Source: Gammaproteobacteria bacterium
Lineage (GTDB): Bacteria > Pseudomonadota > Gammaproteobacteria > SZUA-140
Assembly: GCA_015491865.1 (NCBI GenBank)
Contig: WFVD01000004.1
Coordinates: 17,294 to 81,293 of the forward strand
DNA: 64,000 bases
Direction: 5' to 3'
Notes under the pieces: model-generated
What the model was told of the DNA's origin: nothing
Seen by the model: only the letters and a program-made list of their open reading frames with translations
The model's database searches: none
In this document: positions 55,195 to 64,000 of the stretch, piece by piece
Position numbering within the stretch: position 1 is the stretch's first letter
How the letters are laid out: every line of letters begins with the position of its first letter
Position numbers and translations under genes: made by a program

Positions 55195-55576
55195 ATGACT
55201 GTAAATTTCTCATATGATCGGCAGTGTTCCATAACGACTGCTTCAGATGATCACGCAACATCGTATCGATTTCCATCTCGTCCAGCGCCTGTGACATACA
55301 GCCCATCCAGGCATCACGCTCGGCCTCACCGATTGCGAAGGGCAGATGGCGAGCACGAAGACGCGGATGGCCATATTTTTCAGTATAGAGCGCAGGGCCA
55401 CCCAACCAACCAGAGAGAAACATAAAAAGTTTTTCCCGTGTCCCATCCAGGTTCGCTGCATGCATCTTGCGAATCCCCCGCGCTTCTGGAAGCGTATCCA
55501 TCAGCTCATAGAAACGGTCTACCAGGCGACGCACCCCCTGCTCGCCACCCAGGCGCTCATAATAGGAAATTTGCAT
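55193..55576 (-). CDS. glbO: group II truncated hemoglobin (2/2 Hb, GlbO-like)
   Basis: 127 aa; trHbO-like signature (FYELMDTLPEARGIRKMH; proximal His in the HLPFAIGEAERDAW region). Confidence 0.7.
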   Translation of the reverse strand: MQISYYERLGGEQGVRRLVDRFYELMDTLPEARGIRKMHAANLDGTREKLFMFLSGWLGGPALYTEKYGHPRLRARHLPFAIGEAERDAWMGCMSQALDEMEIDTMLRDHLKQSLWNTADHMRNLQS

Positions 55577-55714
55577 CGTGCTGTGCTCACATACGGCTAT
55601 TAACAGAACCGTCTATTCTACCTGAAAAACGAACCCAAACGACTTTTTCATCACCAGACAAAAAAAGCCCCGCCAAACTGGCAGGGCCCTTTCAATCAGA
55701 CAAGCTTTTAACCT

Positions 55715-56692
55715 TTAATGTAGTTTTGCCAATTCACGCTCAACTACTTTCGCTGGCAATGGAATATAGCCATCCTTCACCACGACCTCCTGACCAATCT
55801 TTGACAACACCATCTTGAAAAACTCTTTTTCCATTGGCTGAAGTGGTTTGTTTGGGTGCTTGTTGACATAGACGTAAAGGAAACGAGAGAGTGGATATTT
55901 TCCAGCGACAGCCATTTCCGGTGTCGCTGCCACAAATGGCTTCCCAGGCTTTTTAGCCAAAGGCACCGCTTTCACACTGGATGTTTTATAACCAATTCCC
56001 GAGTAACCGATGCCATTGATCGAAGAACTCACCGATTGCACTACTGAGGCAGAACCGGGCTGCTCATTGACGCTATTTTTGAAATCGCCCTTACACAACC
56101 CTTTTTTCTTAAAGTAACCGTAGGTCCCCGACACAGAGTTGCGTCCATACAGCTGAATTTTACGCTTAGCCCAGGCACCAGTCAGACCTAGCTGACCCCA
56201 GCTGGTGATATCTTCTTTCCCCTTGCATTTGCGGGTTGAGGAAAAAATCGCATCAACATCGGCAATGCTCAGCCCCTCAATGGGATTATCTTTATGAACA
56301 TAAACGGCTAGCGCATCAATGGCCACTGGAATTGCATGAGGTTTATAACCGTAGCGTTTTTCAAAGGCCTGAATCTCTTTACCTTTCATCATACGGCTCA
56401 TTGGCCCCATATTAGCGGTCCCTTCAGTCAGTGCAGGTGGCGCGGTTGAGGAGCCAGCTGCCTGAATCTGGATGTTCACGTTTGGGTAAAAACGTTTGTA
56501 TTCTTCAGCCCATAGGGTCATCAGGTTAGCCAGCGTATCTGAACCAACGCTTGAAAGATTGCCAGATACACCACTGGCGCGCTCATAGTCCGGTAAATCT
56601 GGATCCAGTTTAGCACCTGCTGCTACGGCTGAATGAGCTGTGGCTAATGTCATCAGAGCTGACAACACAATTGTTACTGTTTTTAATTTCAT
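55715..56692 (-). CDS. pstS: phosphate ABC transporter substrate-binding protein PstS
   Basis: signal peptide [24 protein letters not shown]; PstS-family blocks ([16 protein letters not shown]). Confidence 0.85.
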   Translation of the reverse strand: MKLKTVTIVLSALMTLATAHSAVAAGAKLDPDLPDYERASGVSGNLSSVGSDTLANLMTLWAEEYKRFYPNVNIQIQAAGSSTAPPALTEGTANMGPMSRMMKGKEIQAFEKRYGYKPHAIPVAIDALAVYVHKDNPIEGLSIADVDAIFSSTRKCKGKEDITSWGQLGLTGAWAKRKIQLYGRNSVSGTYGYFKKKGLCKGDFKNSVNEQPGSASVVQSVSSSINGIGYSGIGYKTSSVKAVPLAKKPGKPFVAATPEMAVAGKYPLSRFLYVYVNKHPNKPLQPMEKEFFKMVLSKIGQEVVVKDGYIPLPAKVVERELAKLH

Positions 56693-56829
56693 CAATATTT
56701 CTCCCCTGTGGAGTTTAGCCTGCAAATTGAAAAGGTGTTCCAGAATCAGATGCAGCGATTATTGGCCATACAGGTGTCAATGATATGAATAAGCTATGAC
56801 AGTTTCATGACAATGCACCAGTCGCAAGC

Positions 56830-58143
56830 TTAATAAACGGCTGAACAGCGACGACTGGCCGGAAAATAGCAGCAGAATTCGCTTCCCTTCTCCACCTTGC
56901 TACTAATCTCCATACGAGCATCATGACGGTCTAACACATGCTTGACGATTGCCAGCCCCAGCCCTGTTCCGCCGCTATCGCGCGAACGCCCTGTATCGAT
57001 GCGATAGAAACGCTCTGTCAGGCGCTGAATATGGTGGGGTGCGATACCGATTCCGCCATCCTTCACACAAAAGAGAGTGCCGCCGTCATCCTGCTGCTGG
57101 CATTTTATCACCACTACACCACCAGCCGGTGAGTAACGAATCGCATTGGCTACCAGATTCGAAAACGCACTATGTAGCTCTTTCTCATCGCCCAGCAGCC
57201 AGAGTGAGGGGGTGATGTCGAGTCTAATTTCATGTTGCGAATCACTCAACACAAGGGCCTCATCATAGACTGTCGATAACAGCGCCGACAATGAGACTGG
57301 ATGGTGATCCTGCTGGTGATCGTCCGCCTCTAGTTTTGAGATCATCAAAAGATCATCAACAATATTCTGCATACGCATCGTGTGCTGCTGCATATAGTTT
57401 AATGAGCGACGCCATGTTGCGAGCGTTTCACTGTTATCAGCATCACTGATCGTCTCTAATGTCCCCGAGAGTACCGTTAATGGTGTACGTAGTTCATGCG
57501 AAACATTGGCCACAAAATCCTTACGCATACTCTCCAGCCTCTTTATGCGTGTGATGTCGCGCGCTATCAATAAGTTCTGGTTCTTTCCACCATAGGGGAT
57601 AATATTGACCTCAAGTATCACCGTTTCATCGGCTGGTGATGGTAGCTCCAGGGTACTACTATAATCTCCCTGGGCAAGGTAATGAGAAAAAGCAGGATGG
57701 CGCAACAGGTTAATCAGCCGTTGACCAATATCGTTTGGCGAAGTCAATCCAAGGTAATGTGCAGCGGCACTATTAAACCATTCGATTTCACCCGTTGCAC
57801 GTAACACCACCGCAGCATCAGGCAGTGCAGCGGTCGATTCCCTGAAGCGGCCAATCACATCAGCTAAACGACGCTTGCTTTTACGGTTTCGCTGACGCAT
57901 GCGGTAGATATCGTAATAGAGTTCTCCCCAGACACCTTTACCGATAGGGGGAACGGAAGCCCCACCACTCCGTAACCACTTCTCAAGACGCACCAGATTG
58001 ATCAAATGCCAGGTGATATAACCCAGTGATGCGATCAGAGCCGACAGTATCATATTGCCAGTCAACAACCCCGCCAATAGCGCTAAGAAAGTGACTGTAA
58101 CAAAACGCCAGATTTCATATACCCAGGGATTTAACAACGTCAT
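56830..58143 (-). CDS. phoR: phosphate regulon sensor histidine kinase PhoR
   Basis: 437 aa; N-terminal TM, PAS, H-box VANVSHELRTPLTVL; immediately downstream of phoB. Confidence 0.9.
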   Translation of the reverse strand: MTLLNPWVYEIWRFVTVTFLALLAGLLTGNMILSALIASLGYITWHLINLVRLEKWLRSGGASVPPIGKGVWGELYYDIYRMRQRNRKSKRRLADVIGRFRESTAALPDAAVVLRATGEIEWFNSAAAHYLGLTSPNDIGQRLINLLRHPAFSHYLAQGDYSSTLELPSPADETVILEVNIIPYGGKNQNLLIARDITRIKRLESMRKDFVANVSHELRTPLTVLSGTLETISDADNSETLATWRRSLNYMQQHTMRMQNIVDDLLMISKLEADDHQQDHHPVSLSALLSTVYDEALVLSDSQHEIRLDITPSLWLLGDEKELHSAFSNLVANAIRYSPAGGVVVIKCQQQDDGGTLFCVKDGGIGIAPHHIQRLTERFYRIDTGRSRDSGGTGLGLAIVKHVLDRHDARMEISSKVEKGSEFCCYFPASRRCSAVY

Positions 58144-58833
58144 TCAGACCTTTGTTGAAAAGCGATAACCAGCACTGCGTACCGTCTGTACATAGCGTTC
58201 ATGTCCATAGGGCGTTAGTGCCTTGCGTAGCCGGCGAATATGGACATCGACCGTACGCTCTTCAACATAGACATTACTCCCCCAGACGCTGTCGAGCAGT
58301 TGGCCACGACTGTAAACCCGCTCTGGATGTGTCATAAAGAAATGCAGCAGGCGGTACTCTGTTGGGCCAAGTTCAAGCGACTCACCGTTTACCGAAATTC
58401 GGTGGCTTGCCGTATCAAGGAGCAGGTTATCAACCTCAATAATCTCCTGTTCAGCCAGTGGTGCCGCTCTACGCAATACCGCTCTGATCCTGGCAATTAA
58501 TTCACGAGGGGAAAACGGCTTGGTGATATAGTCATCTGCACCGGCATCCAGTCCATAAACCTTATCGGCTTCCTCGCTTTTAGCTGTCAGCATGATGATG
58601 GGGATGTGGCTGGTTAACGCCTCCTTTTTAATGCGGCGTGCAAACTCCACCCCGTTAGTGCCAGGTAACATCCAGTCCAGCAGCACCAGCGCTGGCAGCG
58701 TATCCCGCAGCAGTAGTATCGCCTCTTCAGCATTAGTGGCTTTAACCACGTCAAAATTTTCGCGTGACAGTGCCATCTCAATCATCTCGCTGATTGCTGG
58801 CTCGTCTTCAACTATTAATATCTTTGCTGCCAT
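58144..58833 (-). CDS. phoB: phosphate regulon response regulator PhoB
   Basis: 229 aa; OmpR/PhoB family; [14 protein letters not shown]; winged-helix C-terminus. Confidence 0.9.
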   Translation of the reverse strand: MAAKILIVEDEPAISEMIEMALSRENFDVVKATNAEEAILLLRDTLPALVLLDWMLPGTNGVEFARRIKKEALTSHIPIIMLTAKSEEADKVYGLDAGADDYITKPFSPRELIARIRAVLRRAAPLAEQEIIEVDNLLLDTASHRISVNGESLELGPTEYRLLHFFMTHPERVYSRGQLLDSVWGSNVYVEERTVDVHIRRLRKALTPYGHERYVQTVRSAGYRFSTKV

Positions 58834-59372
58834 TGATCGTCCACTCTACCAGGTGCTATTCGTCACTGCCTCGGATCTATGCTAAAACACACTATAAAGC
58901 AGTGCTGAAAAACGGCGCTGTTTATCGATTATACGCGGTTCAATAGCCCTTTTTTGTCTCATTCCACCCTGGAGCAATTGCCTGAGCAAAGCACCGGATT
59001 CGATTAAACTTTAAGCTAGAACAAAATCAATCCAATTTTCCGAAGCAAACAAACGCTGCATCCAGCTCGTGATAACCTTGCAGATAAACTGGGCTGACGT
59101 TTGTCAGCATGAGTTACCTGAGTGCGCTAATAATTAGAACGGATATTTGTTACATTCATATTACAGCAGGCCATTATTTTAACCGCTGCTGCTTATTTCC
59201 TTTGATCATCACCCGCATCATCATGGTAACATCTACGCGCGCTGCCAGTTGGCAATGAGTAACCCCTGCAGCGCCAGGAATATCCAGTCGTGACCTGTAC
59301 AGATCACAAGTGCTGGAGTCTCAATCAATAACAGCCACGACCCCTGGGGAGGAGACAGTACAAAAATTCAGC

Positions 59373-59390
59373 ATGTCATATTTTATTCAT
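59373..59390 (+). promoter_or_regulatory. putative Pho box (ATGTCAT-ATTT-TATTCAT), about 110 nt upstream of the porin gene
   Basis: 6/7 and 4/7 matches to the CTGTCAT half-sites with a 4-nt AT spacer. Confidence 0.3.
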
Positions 59391-59501
59391 ATAAACGAAA
59401 CCTGAACGTAAAACAGCCGCCACATAATCTCCCCCAGTCACGTTACGACGCGGCAATATTAAACAAAGCGATACTAAATTACTCTGTAAGGAAGCCACTC
59501 A

Positions 59502-60575
59502 ATGAAGAAAAAATTGATTGCATTGTCGGTAGCTGCCACCGCGCTGACATCACCATTTGCTGCTAGCGCTGTAGAAGTTGCCGGCGAACAGCTAGAAGTC
59601 TACGGAAAATTACATCTCTCTATCGATGTGAGTGACCGGGATGACCCCACCATCAACAATGATGGCATGAGCATCTCCAGTAACTCTTCACGCCTTGGCT
59701 TTAAGGGCAAGCTGCCACTGGAAAATGGGATGGAAGTGATCTGGCAGGCTGAACAGGAAGTACGCTGGGATGATAGCTCCAGAGGAGACTTTGCTGACCG
59801 TAACAGTTACCTTGGGCTAGCCAGCGGTAATCACAGTCTTCGTGTCGGCATCTACGACACGCCCTTCAAGCTGGTTGCCAGTGACTGGGGGCTGTTTGGT
59901 GATTCGGTCGGCGAACGTCGTGCTGTTCTCGGTGCGGGCTATAGTAGCGGCAACCAGCTCAACGAACGCACAAAGAATTCAGTAATGTACCTTTTCCAGA
60001 ATAAGGCACTGAAGATTCAGGCGATGTATGCAGTAGATCCAGAAGACAACGCTGGGCAGTCGGGTGGGGTCGATGATAACAATAGCAACATGACAAGTGT
60101 CGGCGCATGGTGGAAAGTCAACCAGCTGAAACTCTCTGCTGCTTACGAGAACTGGAAGCAGCATAGCAAGATAGAAGATGGCTCTGCACTGCGTGTTGCG
60201 GCGCTCTATGGCATTGGAAAACATCAACTGGGGGTCATTTACGAAGACATTAACTCTGATACTGTCAACGAATGGAAACGCGCCGCTTACGGTGCGAACT
60301 GGAAATGGAAGTTTGCTGATAAGACCGATCTGCGTGCTCAATACATTATCGTTGATGATGCCGAAAACGTTGCGGATACAGGCACTAGCAAAATCGGCCT
60401 TGGCGTTTTCCACAAACTAGATCAAAAAGCCGTGGTCTATGCCGCTTATGGAGCCACTAACAACGATGCCAATGCCAAATTCCAGGCAGTTGATGGTGGC
60501 CATGGCGACGAGGTTAAAACAGTAGAGGGTGGTAATCCAAACGCCTTCTCTCTGGGAATGGTTTACAAATTCTAA
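59502..60575 (+). CDS. outer-membrane porin (Gram-negative porin superfamily), likely phosphate-starvation regulated
   Basis: 357 aa; signal peptide; alternating beta-strand pattern; C-terminal ...VYKF (aromatic terminal residue); divergent from phoB-phoR. Confidence 0.7.
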   Translation: MKKKLIALSVAATALTSPFAASAVEVAGEQLEVYGKLHLSIDVSDRDDPTINNDGMSISSNSSRLGFKGKLPLENGMEVIWQAEQEVRWDDSSRGDFADRNSYLGLASGNHSLRVGIYDTPFKLVASDWGLFGDSVGERRAVLGAGYSSGNQLNERTKNSVMYLFQNKALKIQAMYAVDPEDNAGQSGGVDDNNSNMTSVGAWWKVNQLKLSAAYENWKQHSKIEDGSALRVAALYGIGKHQLGVIYEDINSDTVNEWKRAAYGANWKWKFADKTDLRAQYIIVDDAENVADTGTSKIGLGVFHKLDQKAVVYAAYGATNNDANAKFQAVDGGHGDEVKTVEGGNPNAFSLGMVYKF

Positions 60576-60634
60576 CCTGATCCTATTTAAACGAGACCTT
60601 TTCAGGAACAGAAATTTTGCTCTCTAAGCGCACG

Positions 60635-60700
60635 GACCGATTGAATTCGCTTTTAACGACGCCAGAGGGTAAAAAAACAACCGAACAAAGGTCTTTCAAT
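60635..60700. repeat. copy B of the roughly 62-nt intergenic element (copy A at 13475-13540)
   Basis: see copy A; located 60 nt downstream of the porin stop. Confidence 0.6.
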
Positions 60701-60798
60701 ACTCCATTTCTTAGTGTGCAACCAGCCAGCCTTCATCTCCCCTATGGTTGCACACTATTTTTATATCATGAGACCTTCACACGCTACAGGCGCTAAAA

Positions 60799-61701
60799 TT
60801 AGTGGCAATCACCAATAGAGCCGACGGTACAGATACGGCCATCTATCCATATCGTTTTATCAAGTTTAGCGCCGCTAAAATTAGCACCTGAGATATTGGC
60901 ACCAGCAAGATCTGCATACGAAAGATCAGCGCCATCAAGCTGAACACCTGAGAGATCCGCCCCCTTTAAGCTAACGCCTACCAGCCTCGCCTGTCGAAGA
61001 TCAGCACCGTTAAGCAGCGTAGCGCTCAGATTAGAAAAAGAGAGCTTCACTCCAACCAGCTGACTTCCTCTCAGATCTGCGCGCATCAGGTTCATATTTT
61101 GCATTGTGGCACCCACCAGATTCGACTGAGCAAGCTGTGCCGCTTCCATCTGACAATTACTCCAGTTAACCTTTGGCGCAGCAGTTACCGTGCAGTCAAT
61201 TGTATCAACCTCTGGCGCTGGCTGTATAAGATAGATCATCACAACCATCGCACTTAATATTGAAAACGCCACCACACCCGCAACGACCTTGCTGGTCTTT
61301 TTTCCTCGTGTTAAACGTGTTTTCTCTGTGATAGATATTTCAGGAGACTCAAGAGCCTTTACCAGAGCGTGTTCAACAAGCTCATCGCCTGCCTCAAGCC
61401 TCCGTTGTTGATTCGGCAGTTCACTGCTAGACGCTAAACGTTGGGCCTCCCACTGTTTCTTTGCCATCAATCGCTGGCGTAACAGCGCATCGTCACTCTC
61501 CTCGAAAAATTGCGCTGGTAATAGCTGAGGAAACTCCGTTGCTAGCCGCCACGCCACCTGGTCGAGGCTCAACTCATCGTTCTTCTTAATCCGTCCCAGC
61601 AGCAGAAAATGGGTGATTTTCTCCTTCGTAAATGGGCCGCGGACAACCTCGCCTCGACGGATATACCACTGCTGCTGATGCTCAGGTGATGTTGGCTTCA
61701 T
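60799..61701 (-). CDS. pentapeptide-repeat protein with N-terminal GYF-like (DUF4339-type) domain and one TM helix
   Basis: 300 aa; WYIRRGEVVRGPF..VAW N-terminal module; TM (VVAGVVAFSILSAMVVMIYLI); about 18 A(D/N)LxG pentapeptide repeats. Confidence 0.7.
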   Translation of the reverse strand: MKPTSPEHQQQWYIRRGEVVRGPFTKEKITHFLLLGRIKKNDELSLDQVAWRLATEFPQLLPAQFFEESDDALLRQRLMAKKQWEAQRLASSSELPNQQRRLEAGDELVEHALVKALESPEISITEKTRLTRGKKTSKVVAGVVAFSILSAMVVMIYLIQPAPEVDTIDCTVTAAPKVNWSNCQMEAAQLAQSNLVGATMQNMNLMRADLRGSQLVGVKLSFSNLSATLLNGADLRQARLVGVSLKGADLSGVQLDGADLSYADLAGANISGANFSGAKLDKTIWIDGRICTVGSIGDCH

Positions 61702-61834
61702 AATGACCTACTCTAAAGGAAGCATGCGCGAGTGGTCAATTCCAAAGCGCTGCCGATAACCATATAGACAACAATATTGCCGATCAGGCTACGCCATGGT
61801 ATCAATAACCTCTCATTAAACCTCAGCAAAGCCA

Positions 61835-63298
61835 ATGGAAATCAATAAAAATTCACCAGCAAATCCAGCGCAAGGGAGAACGCAACAGAGTGCGGTGCAA
61901 CTGAAGGCGATTGCCCAGAGCTGGCAAGTTGGGCAACAGCTTAAAGCCGTGGTAGTAGAGACCCCACCGAGCAGTGTTAAGCTACGCGTAGATAATACGT
62001 TAATCCAGGCACCCACCACAAAATTGCATCAACGTGGTGAAATCGTACTACTCACTGTCATTCGCAGTGGCGATAAGCCGGTGTTGCGCCTGCAGGCATC
62101 ACCGCCAGTGGCAACTGAAAAGCTGCAGACCATACAGCAGAATGCGCTAAAGGTGCTACTGCCCAGGCAGACACCGTTAACACCATTGCTGGCGAACCTT
62201 TCGCTGATCTCATCACTGAAGTCGCAACTCGCCGCCCCTTTAACGACCGAGATCAGCAATAGTGTCAAAAAACTCCTGGATAACATCATCCCTGTTGAAA
62301 AGGCTGGCGACCCAAAGGAGCTGCGCCGCGCCATTGCTGATGCCGGCCTGCTGCTGGAAAAGAAGCTCGCCACCCATTCTCAGAATAGTGACAGAGGCAT
62401 ACGACAAAACGCGCTACCCAACTCACCCCCACCGTCTAATCACACACAGTCCTCCTCTCTCTCACGGGACTTCAAAGCAAACCTGCTGCAACTGCTGGAG
62501 GTGCTACGCCAAACACCACCGCGCCAGGAGGGGACAGCAAAGATCCCGCTACCGCTTCAGCCACCCGGTACCAGGATCTCCCCAGGCTCACTTGATAATA
62601 TCAATCAGCCGCGACTCACCACACAATCGGCCAAAGAGAACCTGGTTCGCCTGCTAATAACCCCACCCCCCTCTATTCAAAATGAAGAGGGGAATAATTC
62701 TGCGCTGCCATCAAGACTAACAGAGTTTAGTGCCCTTCTCGGGCGCCTGCCGATACCTTTTTTCCGTCACCTGCCACTCCAACCACAAAAGACACAACTG
62801 CCCACGCTGGCTCTGCTACAACACCGTGATCAGCTCATCGCAGAACTGATTCGACAGGTTGAGGGCTCTATTGCCAGGGTACAGCTGAGCCAACTCGCCT
62901 CATCACCACAAGAGGGGAACACCCCTCCTTCATGGACTTTTGAGCTTCCCCTCCGCAATGGTGAAAACATCGACATTGTGCAGTTACGTATCGAACAGGA
63001 AACATCACAGGGCGATGATGATGAGAAAGAGGCTCGCTGGCGTGTCACATTAACATTAGACTTGCCGAACATCGGCACACTCTATGCCGATATCACCCTG
63101 TTTGGTGAACAGGCCACCACTATCCTCTGGGCTGAAGAATCTGAAACAGCCCAATTAATCGATGACAATTTAATACTGCTGCGCGATGCCCTTGAACAAC
63201 AGAGTATCAAGACGGGTGAGATCAGGTGCCAGCACGGCACGCCACCGACACCACCTCGTCAACAACGACATACCATGCTAGTGGATACTCGAGTATGA
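61835..63298 (+). CDS. FliK-like protein (flagellar hook-length control protein C-terminal domain), orphan
   Basis: 487 aa; Q/P/T-rich low-complexity central part; C-terminal WRVTLTLDLPNIGTLYADITLFGEQATTILWAEESETAQLIDDNLILLRDALEQQSI fits the Flg_hook/FliK C-terminal pattern. Confidence 0.5.
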   Translation: MEINKNSPANPAQGRTQQSAVQLKAIAQSWQVGQQLKAVVVETPPSSVKLRVDNTLIQAPTTKLHQRGEIVLLTVIRSGDKPVLRLQASPPVATEKLQTIQQNALKVLLPRQTPLTPLLANLSLISSLKSQLAAPLTTEISNSVKKLLDNIIPVEKAGDPKELRRAIADAGLLLEKKLATHSQNSDRGIRQNALPNSPPPSNHTQSSSLSRDFKANLLQLLEVLRQTPPRQEGTAKIPLPLQPPGTRISPGSLDNINQPRLTTQSAKENLVRLLITPPPSIQNEEGNNSALPSRLTEFSALLGRLPIPFFRHLPLQPQKTQLPTLALLQHRDQLIAELIRQVEGSIARVQLSQLASSPQEGNTPPSWTFELPLRNGENIDIVQLRIEQETSQGDDDEKEARWRVTLTLDLPNIGTLYADITLFGEQATTILWAEESETAQLIDDNLILLRDALEQQSIKTGEIRCQHGTPPTPPRQQRHTMLVDTRV

Positions 63299-63567
63299 AA
63301 CACGAAGATAAAGCACAGGTCACCACCGTAGCCCTGGTATACGATGGCGAGAACGCCCCAACAGTAACGGCGAAAGGTAGCGGTCATGTTGCAGAGGAGA
63401 TCCTGAGGATTGCCAATGAAAATAACATCCCGCTTCATGAGGACGCTGAACTCGTACAGCTGCTCTCACAACTCTCTCTTGGCGATGAGATTCCCCGCGC
63501 ACTTTATGTGACAATTGCACAGGTGATCGCCTTCGCCTATATCATTTCGGGAAAGCGAACCAGATAA
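63295..63567 (+). CDS. FlhB C-terminal domain-like small protein (EscU/YscU/FlhB switch-domain homolog, YlqH-like)
   Basis: 90 aa from MKHEDKAQVTTVALVYD..; blocks VALVYDGENAPTVTAKGSGHVAEEILRIANENNIPLHEDAELVQLL and IPRALYVTIAQVIAFAY match the FlhB cytoplasmic-domain consensus; ATG overlaps the FliK-like stop (ATGA). Confidence 0.6.
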   Translation: MKHEDKAQVTTVALVYDGENAPTVTAKGSGHVAEEILRIANENNIPLHEDAELVQLLSQLSLGDEIPRALYVTIAQVIAFAYIISGKRTR

Positions 63568-63740
63568 AAGAGCTTTTACAGGGATTATCTTCCAGAGACC
63601 TGTAGCCCCGCAATAATTTTAGATAATTGCTAAAAAAAACATCCTCTTGTGCCGCTACTGTTGATGGGGTAGCACACTTTCCATATCGATGTGTGCTTGA
63701 GTAGATGATGAGTTATTTAGGCAATTAATAAAGAACAACC

Positions 63741-64000
63741 ATGGGCGATCAAACTTCTACACCGGCATCGCAATTGCCCGCCAGCGAAGAGAATAGCGCC
63801 GCTGATTTCAGCCAGGAAATAAACCCAACCGATGGCTTACATGCCATGCGCATTGTGATTGCCAATGAAAACAGTAATAGCGCGCTGTTTATCGAAGCCC
63901 TTTTACACCGCAGTGGCTTTAGAAATACAACTATCACCGCGACCAGCCAGGCACTCTTTTCAGTATTAAAAAAATCAGCTCAACAACCGACTCAGGTTGA
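63741..64000 (+). CDS. partial gene (5' end only) with a receiver-like N-terminus having N/E in place of the DD acidic pocket
   Basis: MGDQTSTPAS...MRIVIANENSNSALFIEALLHRSGF; runs off the window end. Confidence 0.3.
   Translation, partial: MGDQTSTPASQLPASEENSAADFSQEINPTDGLHAMRIVIANENSNSALFIEALLHRSGFRNTTITATSQALFSVLKKSAQQPTQV

Noticed and set aside
58834-59200. Additional Pho-box-like half-sites (TTGTCTCAT, TTGTCAGCATGAG) in the phoB upstream region
   Set aside because: Each matches only one 7-bp half-site without a properly spaced second repeat; too weak to call.

Overview
This window is a core chromosomal segment of a gammaproteobacterium, about 52% GC and densely coding on both strands. 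The fimV-asd-leuB-leuD-leuC order resembles Pseudomonadales/Chromatiales-type genomes. All gene calls come from reading the six-frame translations and recognising conserved motifs; no database search was possible. Coordinates follow the ORF track; positions I counted from the printed line labels may be off by 1 nt.

Housekeeping content, in order:
- dxs, queD, folE2 (type IB GTP cyclohydrolase), then a membrane GGDEF-EAL protein.
- pgpA, thiL, nusB, ribH, ribBA, riboflavin synthase, ribD, nrdR, glyA.
- A second GGDEF protein.
- secF, secD, yajC, tgt, queA.
- tRNA-Leu(CAA), glgB.
- fimV, asd, leuB, leuD, leuC.
- A LysR regulator, folD, glnS.
- An enoyl-CoA hydratase, dbpA, two cspA-family genes, rapA.
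- roxA (ycfD), ppnN, a truncated hemoglobin, and pstS-phoR-phoB followed by a porin.

Accessory or unusual content:
- A c-di-GMP / phosphorelay cassette at 35.4-40.3 kb: a PilZ protein, a 380-nt ORF-free structured gap, a LuxR-type response regulator, a receiver-HisKA_3 hybrid kinase, a CheY-like receiver and a PAS histidine kinase.
- An orphan FliK-like / FlhB-C-terminal-like pair at 61.8-63.6 kb, flanked by a pentapeptide-repeat protein and a truncated receiver-like gene, with no flagellar or type III genes in the window.
- A Nif11-type leader-peptide-like small ORF at 48.8 kb.
- A roughly 62-nt intergenic element present in two copies, at 13.5 kb and 60.65 kb.
- An (AGTTCC)n tandem hexamer in a divergent promoter region at 54.67 kb.
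- Two CTTAAG-centred perfect palindromes, each about 20 nt upstream of a start codon.

I found no CRISPR array, transposase, integrase or phage gene.
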